Origin: an uncultured Chthonomonas sp.
Lineage (GTDB): Bacteria; Armatimonadota; Chthonomonadetes; Chthonomonadales; CAJBBX01
Reading direction: 5' to 3'
Length of the DNA stretch: 64,000 bases
Assembly (NCBI GenBank): GCA_903885605.1
Contig: CAISJD010000022.1
Coordinates: 6,437 to 70,436 of the forward strand
The translations under genes were made by a program, and so were the position numbers. Each line of letters opens with the position of its first letter. Within the stretch, counting starts at the first letter, position 1. Under the pieces are notes generated by a model. The model worked only from the letters and a program-made list of their open reading frames with translations, ran no database searches and was not told where the DNA came from. Shown here piece after piece: positions 47,107 to 56,128 of the stretch.

Positions 47107-47272
47107 GTTATCTTCAGGCCTGTTCGCAGTATGGCGGATTGGCGGTTCGGCGTGCGCCAACTGGTGCTGCGCCCCGCGTCACATCGGCGGCGCCGGCTCC
47201 TTCGGTCTTCTCGCGGATTGGGCGGCTGGAGATCGGCATTCTTCTAGCCCATCGCCTGTTCGCTTCTCCCGC

Positions 47273-47390
47273 CGCCTCATCACCCCCACCTGCCGCCCCA
47301 GCAGGTACCATGCCTCTACATCCGCGGCCGTTGGTCCGGGCCGATGGCGAAGGGGAGTGCCTGCCATGAATCGTCGCGAGTTCATCGGAA
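47273..47390 (+). repeat. direct repeat R (118 bp), right boundary of the insertion
   Basis: 113/118 identical to 41822-41939. It contains the ATG and first 9 codons of the intact NIPSNAP gene. Confidence 0.9.
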
Positions 47391-48154
47391 GCTCGGCTGT
47401 GGCCGTGGGAGCCGCGGGGGCGTTGACGCTGGAGCCTGAGGCCGAGGCGGCCGCCGTGATCCGGGAGGTCTACGAACTGCGGCACTACAGGCTGAAGCCG
47501 GATGCCGCGCCGGACGGCCTGCTGGACTACTTCGCCAAGGCGCTCATTCCCGCCGCAAGGCGGCAGGGCCTCGGTCCGGTGGGCGTCTTCACGGAGCAGA
47601 AGCCCTCGGCCGAACCCACGGTGACGCTGCTGCTGGCCTTCCCGGCCATCGCTGCATTCTGGGCGTTCGCCGACAAGCTGGCGGCGGACAAGGAGTACCA
47701 GAGCGCCGGCGCGGCGTATGTCGGCGCGTCGCCCCAGTCGCCCGCCTACGCCCGCATCGAGAGCTCGCTGCTGGCCGCCTTCGCCGGCATGCCCCGCGTC
47801 GAGGCGCCTGATACGGCCAAGGAGCGCCAGTTCGAGCTGCGGACCTACGAGAGCCACAGCGAGGCCGCCCACGCACGCAAGGTGGGAATGTTCAACGACG
47901 GCGAGATCGCCATCTTCCGCCGCTGCGGCCTGGCGCCCGTCTTCTTCGGCAGCACGCTCATCGGCACGCGCCGGCCGAACCTGACCTACATGCTCACCTA
48001 TCCCGGCCCCGCCGAGCGCGCCGCCGCATGGGGCAAGTTCATCAACGATCCCGAGTGGAAGACGCTGAGCAAGACCCCGGGCCTCACGGACCCCGAGGTG
48101 GTCTCGAAGATCACCAGCGTCACGCTGATCCCGGCCGCCTGCTCGCAGATCTAG
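47366..48154 (+). CDS. NIPSNAP family protein with a TAT-type signal
   Basis: MNRREFIGSSAVAVGAAGAL is twin-Arg-like. Two NIPSNAP-type repeats (VYELRHYRLKPDA and FELRTYESHS). Confidence 0.8.
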   Translation: MNRREFIGSSAVAVGAAGALTLEPEAEAAAVIREVYELRHYRLKPDAAPDGLLDYFAKALIPAARRQGLGPVGVFTEQKPSAEPTVTLLLAFPAIAAFWAFADKLAADKEYQSAGAAYVGASPQSPAYARIESSLLAAFAGMPRVEAPDTAKERQFELRTYESHSEAAHARKVGMFNDGEIAIFRRCGLAPVFFGSTLIGTRRPNLTYMLTYPGPAERAAAWGKFINDPEWKTLSKTPGLTDPEVVSKITSVTLIPAACSQI

Positions 48155-48177
48155 CGGGCGCGGCCGGGTCCGGCGCC

Positions 48178-49059
48178 ATGCACCCACTCGCACGCCTATC
48201 GCCCTTCATACGCCTGGCGCACCACTTTCCCGCCGGTCCGGACTGGCGTATCCAGCCGCGCGTGATCTTTGACCACCTGCTCCTCTACACGCGCGACGGC
48301 CACGGCAGGCTGACGGTCGGCGAGGAGGTACACCGCATCGGTCCGCGGACCCTCTTCGTCGTGCCGCCGGGCGTGCTGCACGAGACGACGCACGACCCCG
48401 GCTCGCCGAACCTGATGTACAACCTCCACTTCGACTTCATCGAAGAGCCGGACAGCGCCTCCGTGCCCGTGAACCTCGCCACGCCCGAGGAGACGCTGGC
48501 CCGGACCGAGTGGCTACGGGCGCCCTTCGCCGGGGATGACCGCCTGCGGCTCCCCACCCGCATCGAGGGCTTCGCTCCGGCCCTCTACGAGACGCTCTTC
48601 TTCACCATCCTCGGATGTGCCCGGAGCCGGGCGCCCGCCGACCTGCTGCAGGCCAAGGGCGCCATGCTGCAGCTACTGGCGCACCTGTACCAGGCGCACT
48701 CCTATGCGGGCCACCGGGGCACCGCGTCGGCCGCATCGCTCCAGCGGCTCGACCAGATGCCGGCCCACATCGAGGAGCGCCTGGCCGACGAGCTCTCCGT
48801 GGGTGCGCTGGCCGCCCTATGCAACATGAGCGAGACGCACTTCCGGCGCTCGTTCCGCGCCCGGTTCGGCCGCTCGCCGGCCGACTACGTCGTGCAGTGC
48901 CGCCTGGCCCGCGCCCGCCACCTGCTCATCTACGAGAACCTGCCGATCTGCCGCATCGCTGAGATGACCGGCTACCAGAGCGTCCACTACTTCACCCGCG
49001 CGTTTGCGGCGGCATTCGGCGAACCTCCGGCGGCCTATCGCGCGCGTCGGTCCGCGTGA
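48178..49059 (+). CDS. AraC family transcriptional regulator (cupin plus HTH)
   Basis: N-terminal cupin-like region (VIFDHLLLYTRDGHGRLTV...FVVPPGVLHE). The C-terminal AraC HTH pair reads ALCNMSETHFRRSFRARFGRSPADY...IAEMTGYQSVHYFTRAF. Confidence 0.85.
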   Translation: MHPLARLSPFIRLAHHFPAGPDWRIQPRVIFDHLLLYTRDGHGRLTVGEEVHRIGPRTLFVVPPGVLHETTHDPGSPNLMYNLHFDFIEEPDSASVPVNLATPEETLARTEWLRAPFAGDDRLRLPTRIEGFAPALYETLFFTILGCARSRAPADLLQAKGAMLQLLAHLYQAHSYAGHRGTASAASLQRLDQMPAHIEERLADELSVGALAALCNMSETHFRRSFRARFGRSPADYVVQCRLARARHLLIYENLPICRIAEMTGYQSVHYFTRAFAAAFGEPPAAYRARRSA

Positions 49060-49083
49060 TGCCCCTCCGGCGGTTGGCCGAAA

Positions 49084-49116
49084 TGTGCAAACGCCTGGTC
49101 ACCTGATGCAAAGACC
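49084..49116 (+). promoter_or_regulatory. direct repeats TGTGCAAACGCC / GATGCAAAGACC with 21-bp phasing (candidate AraC-type binding site)
   Basis: The TGCAAA cores are at 49086-49091 and 49107-49112, between the AraC gene and the ThuA-like operon. A -10-like CAGAAT lies at 49134-49139. Confidence 0.3.
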
Positions 49117-49176
49117 GGACCCACTGTCGCCGCCAGAATAGGGGCACGTGGGCTACCCCCGCCGTCAGGAGAGATC

Positions 49177-49824
49177 ATGACCAGTGCCGCCGACCGTGCG
49201 CCGCTCCAGGTTGCCGTGGTGACAGGTAACCATCCGTTCGACGTGCCCGGCTTCCACCGCCTCTTCGGCGAGATGCCCGGCATCGACGCCTATGTGCAGG
49301 ACCTCGAGAACTGGGTGCACGACTGGGGCCAGGTGCGCCGCAGCTACGACGCCGTCGTCTTCTACCACTTCCACCAGGAGACGCCGCAGGGCGCCTTCGC
49401 CGAGGCCGTCGAGGAGCTCGGCGCGTCCGGCATGGGCGTCGTCGTGCTGCACCACGCCCTGCTGGCGTGGCCGCAGTGGCCCGAGTGGTCGGCGCTCTGC
49501 GGCATCGAGGACCGCTGCTTCGGCTACCACATGGGCCAGCAGGTCCGGGTCGAGGTCGCTGACCCGGACCACGCCGTCACCCAGGGCCTGACGGCGTGGG
49601 AGATGGGCGACGAGACCTACACCATGGCGGACGCCGGTGAGGGCAACCGGGTGCTGCTCACCATCGAACACCCGCTCAGCATGCGCACGGCGGCCTGGAC
49701 CCGAACGCACAAGGAGGCGCGCGTCTTCTGCCTCCAGTCCGGGCACGACCAGGCGGCGTGGGGAGCGCCCGGATTCAAGACGGTGCTGCACCGGGGCATC
49801 CTCTGGGCGGCGGGCCGGATTTGA
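49177..49824 (+). CDS. ThuA-domain protein
   Basis: About 215 aa with ThuA-like layout: VAVVTGNHPFD, YDAVVFYHFH, GMGVVVLHHAL, WPEWSALCG. Confidence 0.65.
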   Translation: MTSAADRAPLQVAVVTGNHPFDVPGFHRLFGEMPGIDAYVQDLENWVHDWGQVRRSYDAVVFYHFHQETPQGAFAEAVEELGASGMGVVVLHHALLAWPQWPEWSALCGIEDRCFGYHMGQQVRVEVADPDHAVTQGLTAWEMGDETYTMADAGEGNRVLLTIEHPLSMRTAAWTRTHKEARVFCLQSGHDQAAWGAPGFKTVLHRGILWAAGRI

Positions 49825-49855
49825 CGGTGGGCTTCAAATCGATCGGAGGATAACC

Positions 49856-50803
49856 ATGCGAGCGCTTGTAACGCGGATGCGGCCGGACGGGCGGCGGGAG
49901 AAGCTCCTTGTCCACGACTGGCCGGATGCGCCGCATCCTGCGGGCAACCAGGTGCGGACCCGGACCCTGTACAGCGGCATCACCAACGGCACCGAGCGCA
50001 ACGACCTGCTGGGCGGCAACTATGCCACGCCCGACGACCGCCTGCCCGCCGGCTGGGGATACCAGAACGTCGGCGAGGTCATCGAGTGCGGCCCTGACTG
50101 CAGGCGCCTGGCGGTCGGCGACGTCATCTACTCCAGCGCCGGGCACGACGAGTTCACGACCGTGGCCGAGGACTGGCTCCTCGTGAAGCTGCCGCCCGAG
50201 ATCGACCGCAGGGAGGCGGCGCTCTTCGGCATGGCGAGCGTGGCCATGCACACCTGCCGCAACGCCGACCTGCGCATGGGCGAGCGGGCGCTCGTGGTGG
50301 GCGCCGGCTTCATCGGCCAGGTGGCCGCGCAGATCGCCGCCGCCATGGGCGCCAGGGTCGGTATCTGCGACATCGACGAGCAGCGGCTCGACAAGGCGCG
50401 GGAGATCGGCGCCGCCGACTGCGCCTTCAACAGCGGCGGCGACGGCTGGGCCGCCAACGTGCCGTCCGCCTCCTTCGACGCGGTGATCGACCTCGCCGGC
50501 GTGCCCGGCATGGAGGATCGGCTCATCGAGGCGGCCGCCATGCGCGGTCGGGTGTTGCTCATCGCCGGACGCCACAAGGTCGAGTACACCTTCAACACCG
50601 GCCAGGGCCGCGAGATCGTCATCAAGCAGAACAGCCACTTCGACAACGGTGACCTGGCCATGCTCTGCGGGCTCGTCGCCAGGGGCGCCGTGCGGATCCA
50701 GCCCCTGCTCCAGCGCGTGGCGCCTGTGGCTGAAGCTGCCGGCATCTACGACACGTTGCGCGACGACCCGAACCAGCTCGGCGGGACGGTGTTTGAGTGG
50801 TAA
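49856..50803 (+). CDS. zinc-binding dehydrogenase (MDR family)
   Basis: GGAGGA RBS. Rossmann motif VVGAGFIGQVAAQIAAAMGA. MDR-like N-terminal domain. Confidence 0.7.
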   Translation: MRALVTRMRPDGRREKLLVHDWPDAPHPAGNQVRTRTLYSGITNGTERNDLLGGNYATPDDRLPAGWGYQNVGEVIECGPDCRRLAVGDVIYSSAGHDEFTTVAEDWLLVKLPPEIDRREAALFGMASVAMHTCRNADLRMGERALVVGAGFIGQVAAQIAAAMGARVGICDIDEQRLDKAREIGAADCAFNSGGDGWAANVPSASFDAVIDLAGVPGMEDRLIEAAAMRGRVLLIAGRHKVEYTFNTGQGREIVIKQNSHFDNGDLAMLCGLVARGAVRIQPLLQRVAPVAEAAGIYDTLRDDPNQLGGTVFEW

Positions 50804-50842
50804 GGACTTCGCCCTGACGAGTGACGCCGCCGCCTGCGTCGA

Positions 50843-50896
50843 TTGACACGGACGCCGGTGTGTCGTAAACTGCAAACGGTTACTGTAACCGTTTGC
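50843..50896 (+). promoter_or_regulatory. promoter (TTGACA-N17-TAAACT) followed by a 25-bp perfect palindromic LacI-type operator
   Basis: TTGACA is at 50843-50848 and TAAACT at 50866-50871. The palindrome GCAAACGGTTACTGTAACCGTTTGC is at 50872-50896, 27 nt upstream of the LacI-family gene ATG. Confidence 0.5.
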
Positions 50897-50922
50897 GCCC
50901 ACTGTGGCCGGAGAAGGAGCCC

Positions 50923-51927
50923 ATGGCGACCCTGGCGGATGTGGCTAACAAGGCCGGCGTCTCGAAGGCGACCGCTTCGCGGGTGCTGAACGGCAAGACC
51001 ACGGTTCCCGTCGCGCCTGCCACCGCTGCCCGCATCCAGGCCGCGGCTGCCGAGGTCGGCTACAGCCCCAACCCGGTCGCCAGCGCCCTCGTGACAGGGC
51101 GCAGCAACGTCGTGGCGCTCCTGCTGCCCTACCTGGATAGGCCCTACTACTCGTCCGCCATCGGCTGTCTGGAGGCCCTGACCCAGCAGGCCGGCTACGA
51201 CCTGATCGTAATGTGCAGCTCGCGGTGTGGGGTTGCGGATATCGCGGACTGCCGATGGCCTGTGGACGGGCTGGTCGTGCTCGACTCGTATGACGTGCTG
51301 CTCCGGCTGCTCCAGCGCACGGACGACCGCGTGCGCCCCGTCGTCGCGCTTGGAGGTCTGCTGCCCGAGGGGGTCGACGCCGTGCGGCTGGAGATGGGCG
51401 CCGCCGCGGAGCAGGCCATCCGGCACCTCATCGGCCAGGGCTGCCGGAAGCTCGCCTATGCCACATCTCCGGCGACACCGGTCGCGACGTCGGAGCGGTG
51501 GAAGGCGTTCCTGCGTGTGACGGCGGAAGCAGGCATTGAGCCGGTCTCCATCCCGATCCCCGGCGAGTCGCGGCCCTCGGCGAGGGACGCCGTCGCCGCA
51601 TACTGCCGCGACCACCCCGACCTCGATGGCCTGTTCTGCCACAACGACGACATCGCCTGCGGCGCCATACGAGCGCTGCTGGACGCGGAGCTTCGGGTGC
51701 CTGATGACGTTGCCGTGGTGGGGTGCGACGGAACGGTGACGGCTGAGTTCGCCGAGCCGCCCATCAGCACCATCGCTCTTCCCATCGCTGATATGTGCGC
51801 CGAAGCCTGGACCATGCTGTTGCGCCGGATGGAGAACCCGGACCTGCCGATCTGCTCGACAACCTTCTCGGGACGGTTCGTACAGCGTCGATCATCATGC
51901 CGTGACCGGGCGCGCACAGGGCGATAG
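50923..51927 (+). CDS. LacI family transcriptional regulator
   Basis: [36 protein letters not shown], followed by a periplasmic-binding-protein-like fold. Confidence 0.9.
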   Translation: MATLADVANKAGVSKATASRVLNGKTTVPVAPATAARIQAAAAEVGYSPNPVASALVTGRSNVVALLLPYLDRPYYSSAIGCLEALTQQAGYDLIVMCSSRCGVADIADCRWPVDGLVVLDSYDVLLRLLQRTDDRVRPVVALGGLLPEGVDAVRLEMGAAAEQAIRHLIGQGCRKLAYATSPATPVATSERWKAFLRVTAEAGIEPVSIPIPGESRPSARDAVAAYCRDHPDLDGLFCHNDDIACGAIRALLDAELRVPDDVAVVGCDGTVTAEFAEPPISTIALPIADMCAEAWTMLLRRMENPDLPICSTTFSGRFVQRRSSCRDRARTGR

Positions 51928-51986
51928 GCCCCGCCGCCCACTGCCGGCGACACCGGCCGACCTTCGGGTCAAGGAGGGTTCATCCT

Positions 51987-52778
51987 GTGAAACGACGTGC
52001 ATTCACACTGATCGAGCTGCTGGTAGTCATCGCTATCATCGCGATACTGGCGGCGATCCTGTTCCCGGTCTTCGCGCAGGCCCGCGCCAAGGCGAGGCAG
52101 GTGACCTGCCTTTCAAACGTGAAGCAGCTCGGCCTGGCCATCCTCTCCTACGCGCAGGACTATGACGAGACGCTGCCTCCCTCCGGCTATTCGGCGGCGC
52201 CGCTGGCCGGGAATGTCGGCTGGATGTACATGGTCGATCCCTACGTCAAGGCCAATGTGCCCAACACGAACTCCAACCTCGGCGCTGCGAAGCTCAGCAT
52301 CTTCGTCTGCCCGGACTACAGCTCCACCCCGGGTGCCGCAACGGTGAACAGCCCCACGCGGAGCTATGTGGCCAACCGGATGGTGTTTGGTGGCTTCGAT
52401 CGCAACCTTCCGTCGAACTACTGGGAGGCCCCCAAAGGCCTGGCCGCCATGCAGGCCGTGTCGCAGGTCGTGATGCTGGGTGAGGCCGTCGGCGGATGCG
52501 TCTGGGCCCAGGGCGTTGATGACCTGGCCATACTCGGCGGGCAGCATGCCACCTTCCAACTCTGCAACAAGTACTACATCCTGGGCCGCGGACGCCACAG
52601 CCAGGGTTCCGATTACCTGCTCGCCGACGGCCACGCCAAGCGGTTCAGCGCCCCCGACCCGAACTACGTCCAGACCGGCGCCAATCCGTGGGACATGACG
52701 CCCTACGTCAGCTCCTCGACCGTGGTCTTCCAGCGCAGCCTGCACCCGAATGCGGCCGCGTGGTTCTGGGAGGACTAA
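51987..52778 (+). CDS. DUF1559 / prepilin-type N-terminal cleavage-methylation domain protein
   Basis: (V)[32 protein letters not shown] is a type IV pilin-like leader. The C-terminal H-x9-DG motif is [24 protein letters not shown]. Confidence 0.85.
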   Translation: MKRRAFTLIELLVVIAIIAILAAILFPVFAQARAKARQVTCLSNVKQLGLAILSYAQDYDETLPPSGYSAAPLAGNVGWMYMVDPYVKANVPNTNSNLGAAKLSIFVCPDYSSTPGAATVNSPTRSYVANRMVFGGFDRNLPSNYWEAPKGLAAMQAVSQVVMLGEAVGGCVWAQGVDDLAILGGQHATFQLCNKYYILGRGRHSQGSDYLLADGHAKRFSAPDPNYVQTGANPWDMTPYVSSSTVVFQRSLHPNAAAWFWED

Positions 52779-52845
52779 CCAGAGCGTTGCTCCGGGCGCC
52801 GGCCTGCGTCGGCGCCCGACGCCCTCAGGCAATGCGAGGTGCCCT

Positions 52846-54213
52846 ATGGATGGACTGTCTCGGCGCGCCTTCCTGGCGCAGTTCGGAGCGGCCACGGCCG
52901 CGGCGGCCGGCACGCTGGCCACCGCCGATGCGGCCTCGGCGCCGCGTAGGCCGCCCAACGTCATCCTGATCATCGGCGATGACCTGGGCTACGGCGACGT
53001 GGGCTGCTTCGGGCAGAAGGTGATCCGGACGCCCCACATCGACAGGCTGGCCCGCGAGGGGACCCGGTTCACGCACTGCTACTCGGGCAGCACGGTCTGC
53101 GCGCCGTCGCGGAGTTGCCTCATCACGGGGCAGCACACCGGGCACACGCGGGTGCGCGGCAACAACTATATCCCCTTGAGGCCGGAGGACCCTTCTATCG
53201 GATCCCTCTTCCGGAAGGCCGGGTGCCGCACCGCTGTCATCGGCAAGTGGGGCCTGGGCGAGCCCGGAACCACGGGGGTGCCCTCCAGGCAGGGCTTCGA
53301 TGAGTTCTACGGCTACCTGAACCAGGTCCACGCCCACGACAGCTATCCGACGATGCTCTACCGAGGCGACCGCGAGGAGCATATCCCGCAGAACGACGCA
53401 GGCAAGCGGGGCGCCTACTCCAACGACCTCTTCCTGCGCGAGTCGCTGGGCTTCATCGAGCGCAACCGCGCGCGGCCCTTCTTCCTCATGTTCTGCCACA
53501 CGATCCCGCACGCGTTCCCCGCCAGGAAGAGCATCGAGGTTCCGGAGATCGAGCCGGAGTACCGGGACAAGCCCTGGCCGGAGATTGAGAAGCGCTATGC
53601 GTCGGCCATCACGCGGCACGACCGACACGTCGGCCGCCTCATGGCCAGGCTGAAGGAACTGGGGATCGACGACGACACCCTCGTCATCTTCACCAGCGAC
53701 AACGGGCCACAGAACGTGACCCCGCACGATCCGGAGTTCTTCAAGAGCCGCGGCGGACTGCGAGGCATCAAGCGCGACCTGTACGAGGGCGGCATCCGTG
53801 TGCCGACTATCGTCCGCTGGCCGGGCAAGGTGAAGGCCGGGATCACAAGCGCAGCGCCCTGGGCGTTCTGGGACATCCTGCCGTCCTCGGCGGAGCTTCT
53901 CGGTCGGCCTGCTCCGCACGGCATGGACGGCATCTCCGTGCTGCCAGTCTGGCTCGGGCGGTCCGCCCGGCCCCATCCGGCCTTCTACTGGGAGTTCCAT
54001 GAGCGGGGCTTCGAGCAGGCGGTCCGCATGGGCCACTGGAAGGCCGTTCGCCACAGTCTGCGGGGCCCGCTGGAACTCTACGACCTCCGCTCGGACCCGC
54101 AGGAATCCGCGGATGTGGCGGCCAAACATAGGGACGTTGCCGCGCAGATTGAGACGTACCTTTCGGCGGCGCGCACCGAATCCGCCGACTTCCCGATACG
54201 CGAGAAGCCATGA
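52846..54213 (+). CDS. arylsulfatase-family sulfatase (TAT signal)
   Basis: MDGLSRRAFLAQFGAATAAAAG signal, PNVILIIGDDLGYGD, and formylglycine motif CAPSR within STVCAPSRSCLITG. Confidence 0.9.
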   Translation: MDGLSRRAFLAQFGAATAAAAGTLATADAASAPRRPPNVILIIGDDLGYGDVGCFGQKVIRTPHIDRLAREGTRFTHCYSGSTVCAPSRSCLITGQHTGHTRVRGNNYIPLRPEDPSIGSLFRKAGCRTAVIGKWGLGEPGTTGVPSRQGFDEFYGYLNQVHAHDSYPTMLYRGDREEHIPQNDAGKRGAYSNDLFLRESLGFIERNRARPFFLMFCHTIPHAFPARKSIEVPEIEPEYRDKPWPEIEKRYASAITRHDRHVGRLMARLKELGIDDDTLVIFTSDNGPQNVTPHDPEFFKSRGGLRGIKRDLYEGGIRVPTIVRWPGKVKAGITSAAPWAFWDILPSSAELLGRPAPHGMDGISVLPVWLGRSARPHPAFYWEFHERGFEQAVRMGHWKAVRHSLRGPLELYDLRSDPQESADVAAKHRDVAAQIETYLSAARTESADFPIREKP

Positions 54214-55571
54214 ACCGTAGAGACCTGCTGATGGGAGCCGCGGCCACTGCGGCCGGGCTGGGTTCCCACACGCCGCCGCGCCGCCCCAACTTCCTCTGGC
54301 TGGTGGCCGAGGACATCGGTCCCACCTGCCTGGGCTGCACCGGCCAACCGGCGGCGCTGACGCCCAACCTCGACCGCCTGGCCGGCCGGGGCATGCGCTA
54401 CGATCGGTTCTACACCACCGCACCGGTCTGCTCCGCCTCGCGTTCGGCCTTCATGACAGGGATGTACCAGACCACCCTCGGCGCGCACCACCACCGGTCG
54501 CACCGCGGTAAGCCCTTCCCGCTGCCCGACGGCGTGCGCCTGCTCACCGGCCGGCTGCGCGACGCAGGCTACTCGTGCGGCAACCTGGTGACGCTGCCTG
54601 ACGCCTGCGGATTCCGAGGTACAGGCAAGACCGATTGGAACTTCGAGCCCGGCGAGCGCCCCTTCGACTTCAGCGACTGGTCCGAGATGCGCGACGACGG
54701 ACCCTTCCTCGCCCAGCTGAACCTCTGGGAGACGCACCGCAAGTTCGCGGCGCCGAAGCGCATCGACCGCGCCGCCGTCGAGATACCGCCCACCTACCCG
54801 GAGCACCCCGTGGTTCGCGAGGACTACGCGCAGTACCTCGACTCGGCGGCGGAGCTGGACCGCAAGGTGGGCCTCGTGTTGGCGCAGCTTGAGGCCGACG
54901 GTCTGGCGGACAGCACCGTCGTGCTCTTCATGGGCGACAACGGCGAGGCGCATATCCGAGGCAAGCAGTTCTGCTACGAGGAGGGGCTGCGGGCGCCCTT
55001 CATCGTCCTTTGGCCAAGGGGCATTCCCGCGCCCAGGGGCTATCGGCCCGGAGCCGTGGAGCGGAGGCTGCTGGAGGCCATCGACGTGGCGCCCACGCTC
55101 ATCAGCCTCGCCGGTGCGGCAGTGCCGCCGAAGATGCAGGGGCGCCCGTTCCTCGGTCCCAACGCGGCCCCGCCCAAGCGCTACGCCTTCGGCGCCCGCG
55201 ACCGGTGCGACGAGACCCTCATGCGGTTGCGCACGGTCCGCGACGACCGGTACCGCTACATCCGCAACTTCATGCCCGAGAAGCCCTTCCTATCGCCCAA
55301 CGCCTACAAGGCCGCCGAGTACCCGCTCTGGACGCTGCTGCCGAAGCTCCACGAGGAAGGCCGCTTGACCCCTGCCCAGGCCGCCCTCTGCGCGCCAACC
55401 ATGCCGCCAGAGGAGCTCTACGACCTGCGCACGGACCCCCATGAGATCCGCAACCTGGCCGCCGATCCGCGCCACGCGGCCAAGCTGCGGCAACTCCGCG
55501 CGGTGCTGGAGGAGTGGATACGCACAACCGACGATCAGGGCAGGTTCCCGGAGACGCCGGAGCCCATGTAG
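54210..55571 (+). CDS. sulfatase family protein (TAT signal)
   Basis: ATGA overlap with the previous gene. MNRRDLLMGAAATAAGLG signal, PNFLWLVAED, and motif CSASR within APVCSASRSAFMTG. Confidence 0.85.
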   Translation: MNRRDLLMGAAATAAGLGSHTPPRRPNFLWLVAEDIGPTCLGCTGQPAALTPNLDRLAGRGMRYDRFYTTAPVCSASRSAFMTGMYQTTLGAHHHRSHRGKPFPLPDGVRLLTGRLRDAGYSCGNLVTLPDACGFRGTGKTDWNFEPGERPFDFSDWSEMRDDGPFLAQLNLWETHRKFAAPKRIDRAAVEIPPTYPEHPVVREDYAQYLDSAAELDRKVGLVLAQLEADGLADSTVVLFMGDNGEAHIRGKQFCYEEGLRAPFIVLWPRGIPAPRGYRPGAVERRLLEAIDVAPTLISLAGAAVPPKMQGRPFLGPNAAPPKRYAFGARDRCDETLMRLRTVRDDRYRYIRNFMPEKPFLSPNAYKAAEYPLWTLLPKLHEEGRLTPAQAALCAPTMPPEELYDLRTDPHEIRNLAADPRHAAKLRQLRAVLEEWIRTTDDQGRFPETPEPM

Positions 55572-55600
55572 GCGAGCCAGGCGGCGCTGGCGCGCCCTGA

Positions 55601-56062
55601 CTACGCGTTCATCTGCCATATCCTGAAGTTCAGCGCTCCCGCGAAGGTGATCCAGGCCAGGTAAGGGACCAGCAGCGCCCCGGCCGCCGGGCTCACGCGC
55701 CAGAATGCCGCCAACGTGCAGATCAGGACCAGCCAGAGCGCCGTGATATCGACGAACGCCGCCCCCGGCCTGTGCGCGCCGAAGAACAGCGGCGTCCAGA
55801 GCGCGTTCAGGAGCAACTGGCACCCAAACAGCGCCAGTGGAACCCTCTGCGCCGTGAAGCCGCCCTCCCGCCACACGAGCCACGCAGCAACGCCCATCGA
55901 CGCGTAGAGCATGGTCCAGACCGGCGCGAACACCCATCCCGGCGGGTTCCAGGGCGGCTTTCGCAGCTCCTGGAACCAGGCATCCGGCATGAACCGCGCA
56001 CCGAACGCGGCAGCCGCGAACGGGATCACCAGCCAGAACGCCAGGCCTGCTGCCGTCATCAT
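55601..56062 (-). CDS. tspO: TspO/MBR tryptophan-rich sensory protein
   Basis: LRKPPWNPPGWVFAPVWTMLYASMGVAAWLVW plus 5 TM helices. I place the start at MMTAAG (56062). Confidence 0.85.
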   Translation of the reverse strand: MMTAAGLAFWLVIPFAAAAFGARFMPDAWFQELRKPPWNPPGWVFAPVWTMLYASMGVAAWLVWREGGFTAQRVPLALFGCQLLLNALWTPLFFGAHRPGAAFVDITALWLVLICTLAAFWRVSPAAGALLVPYLAWITFAGALNFRIWQMNA

Positions 56063-56128
56063 CGATGATTTGCCCACTGCGGACCTCCTGAGCGCAAGGA
56101 TCGTGCTTCTCAATCCGGATGGACGTGG

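Noticed and set aside
46804-47160. 118-aa minus-strand ORF in the AT-rich cassette
   Set aside because: It is antisense to the strongly hydrophobic plus-strand ORF. Its translation is Cys/His/Asn/Pro-rich with no structure-like periodicity.
41940-47272. Integrase, transposase, excisionase or terminal inverted repeats inside the insertion
   Set aside because: No ORF in any frame shows recombinase-like motifs that I can recognise, and I found no inverted repeats at the ends. The mobility mechanism therefore remains unknown rather than assigned.
46995-47369. 124-aa ORF ending ...ADGEGECLP upstream of the NIPSNAP gene
   Set aside because: Its 3' part is simply the duplicated EEP tail within repeat R, and its 5' part overlaps the membrane-protein ORF out of frame. 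It is a by-product of the duplication, not a gene.
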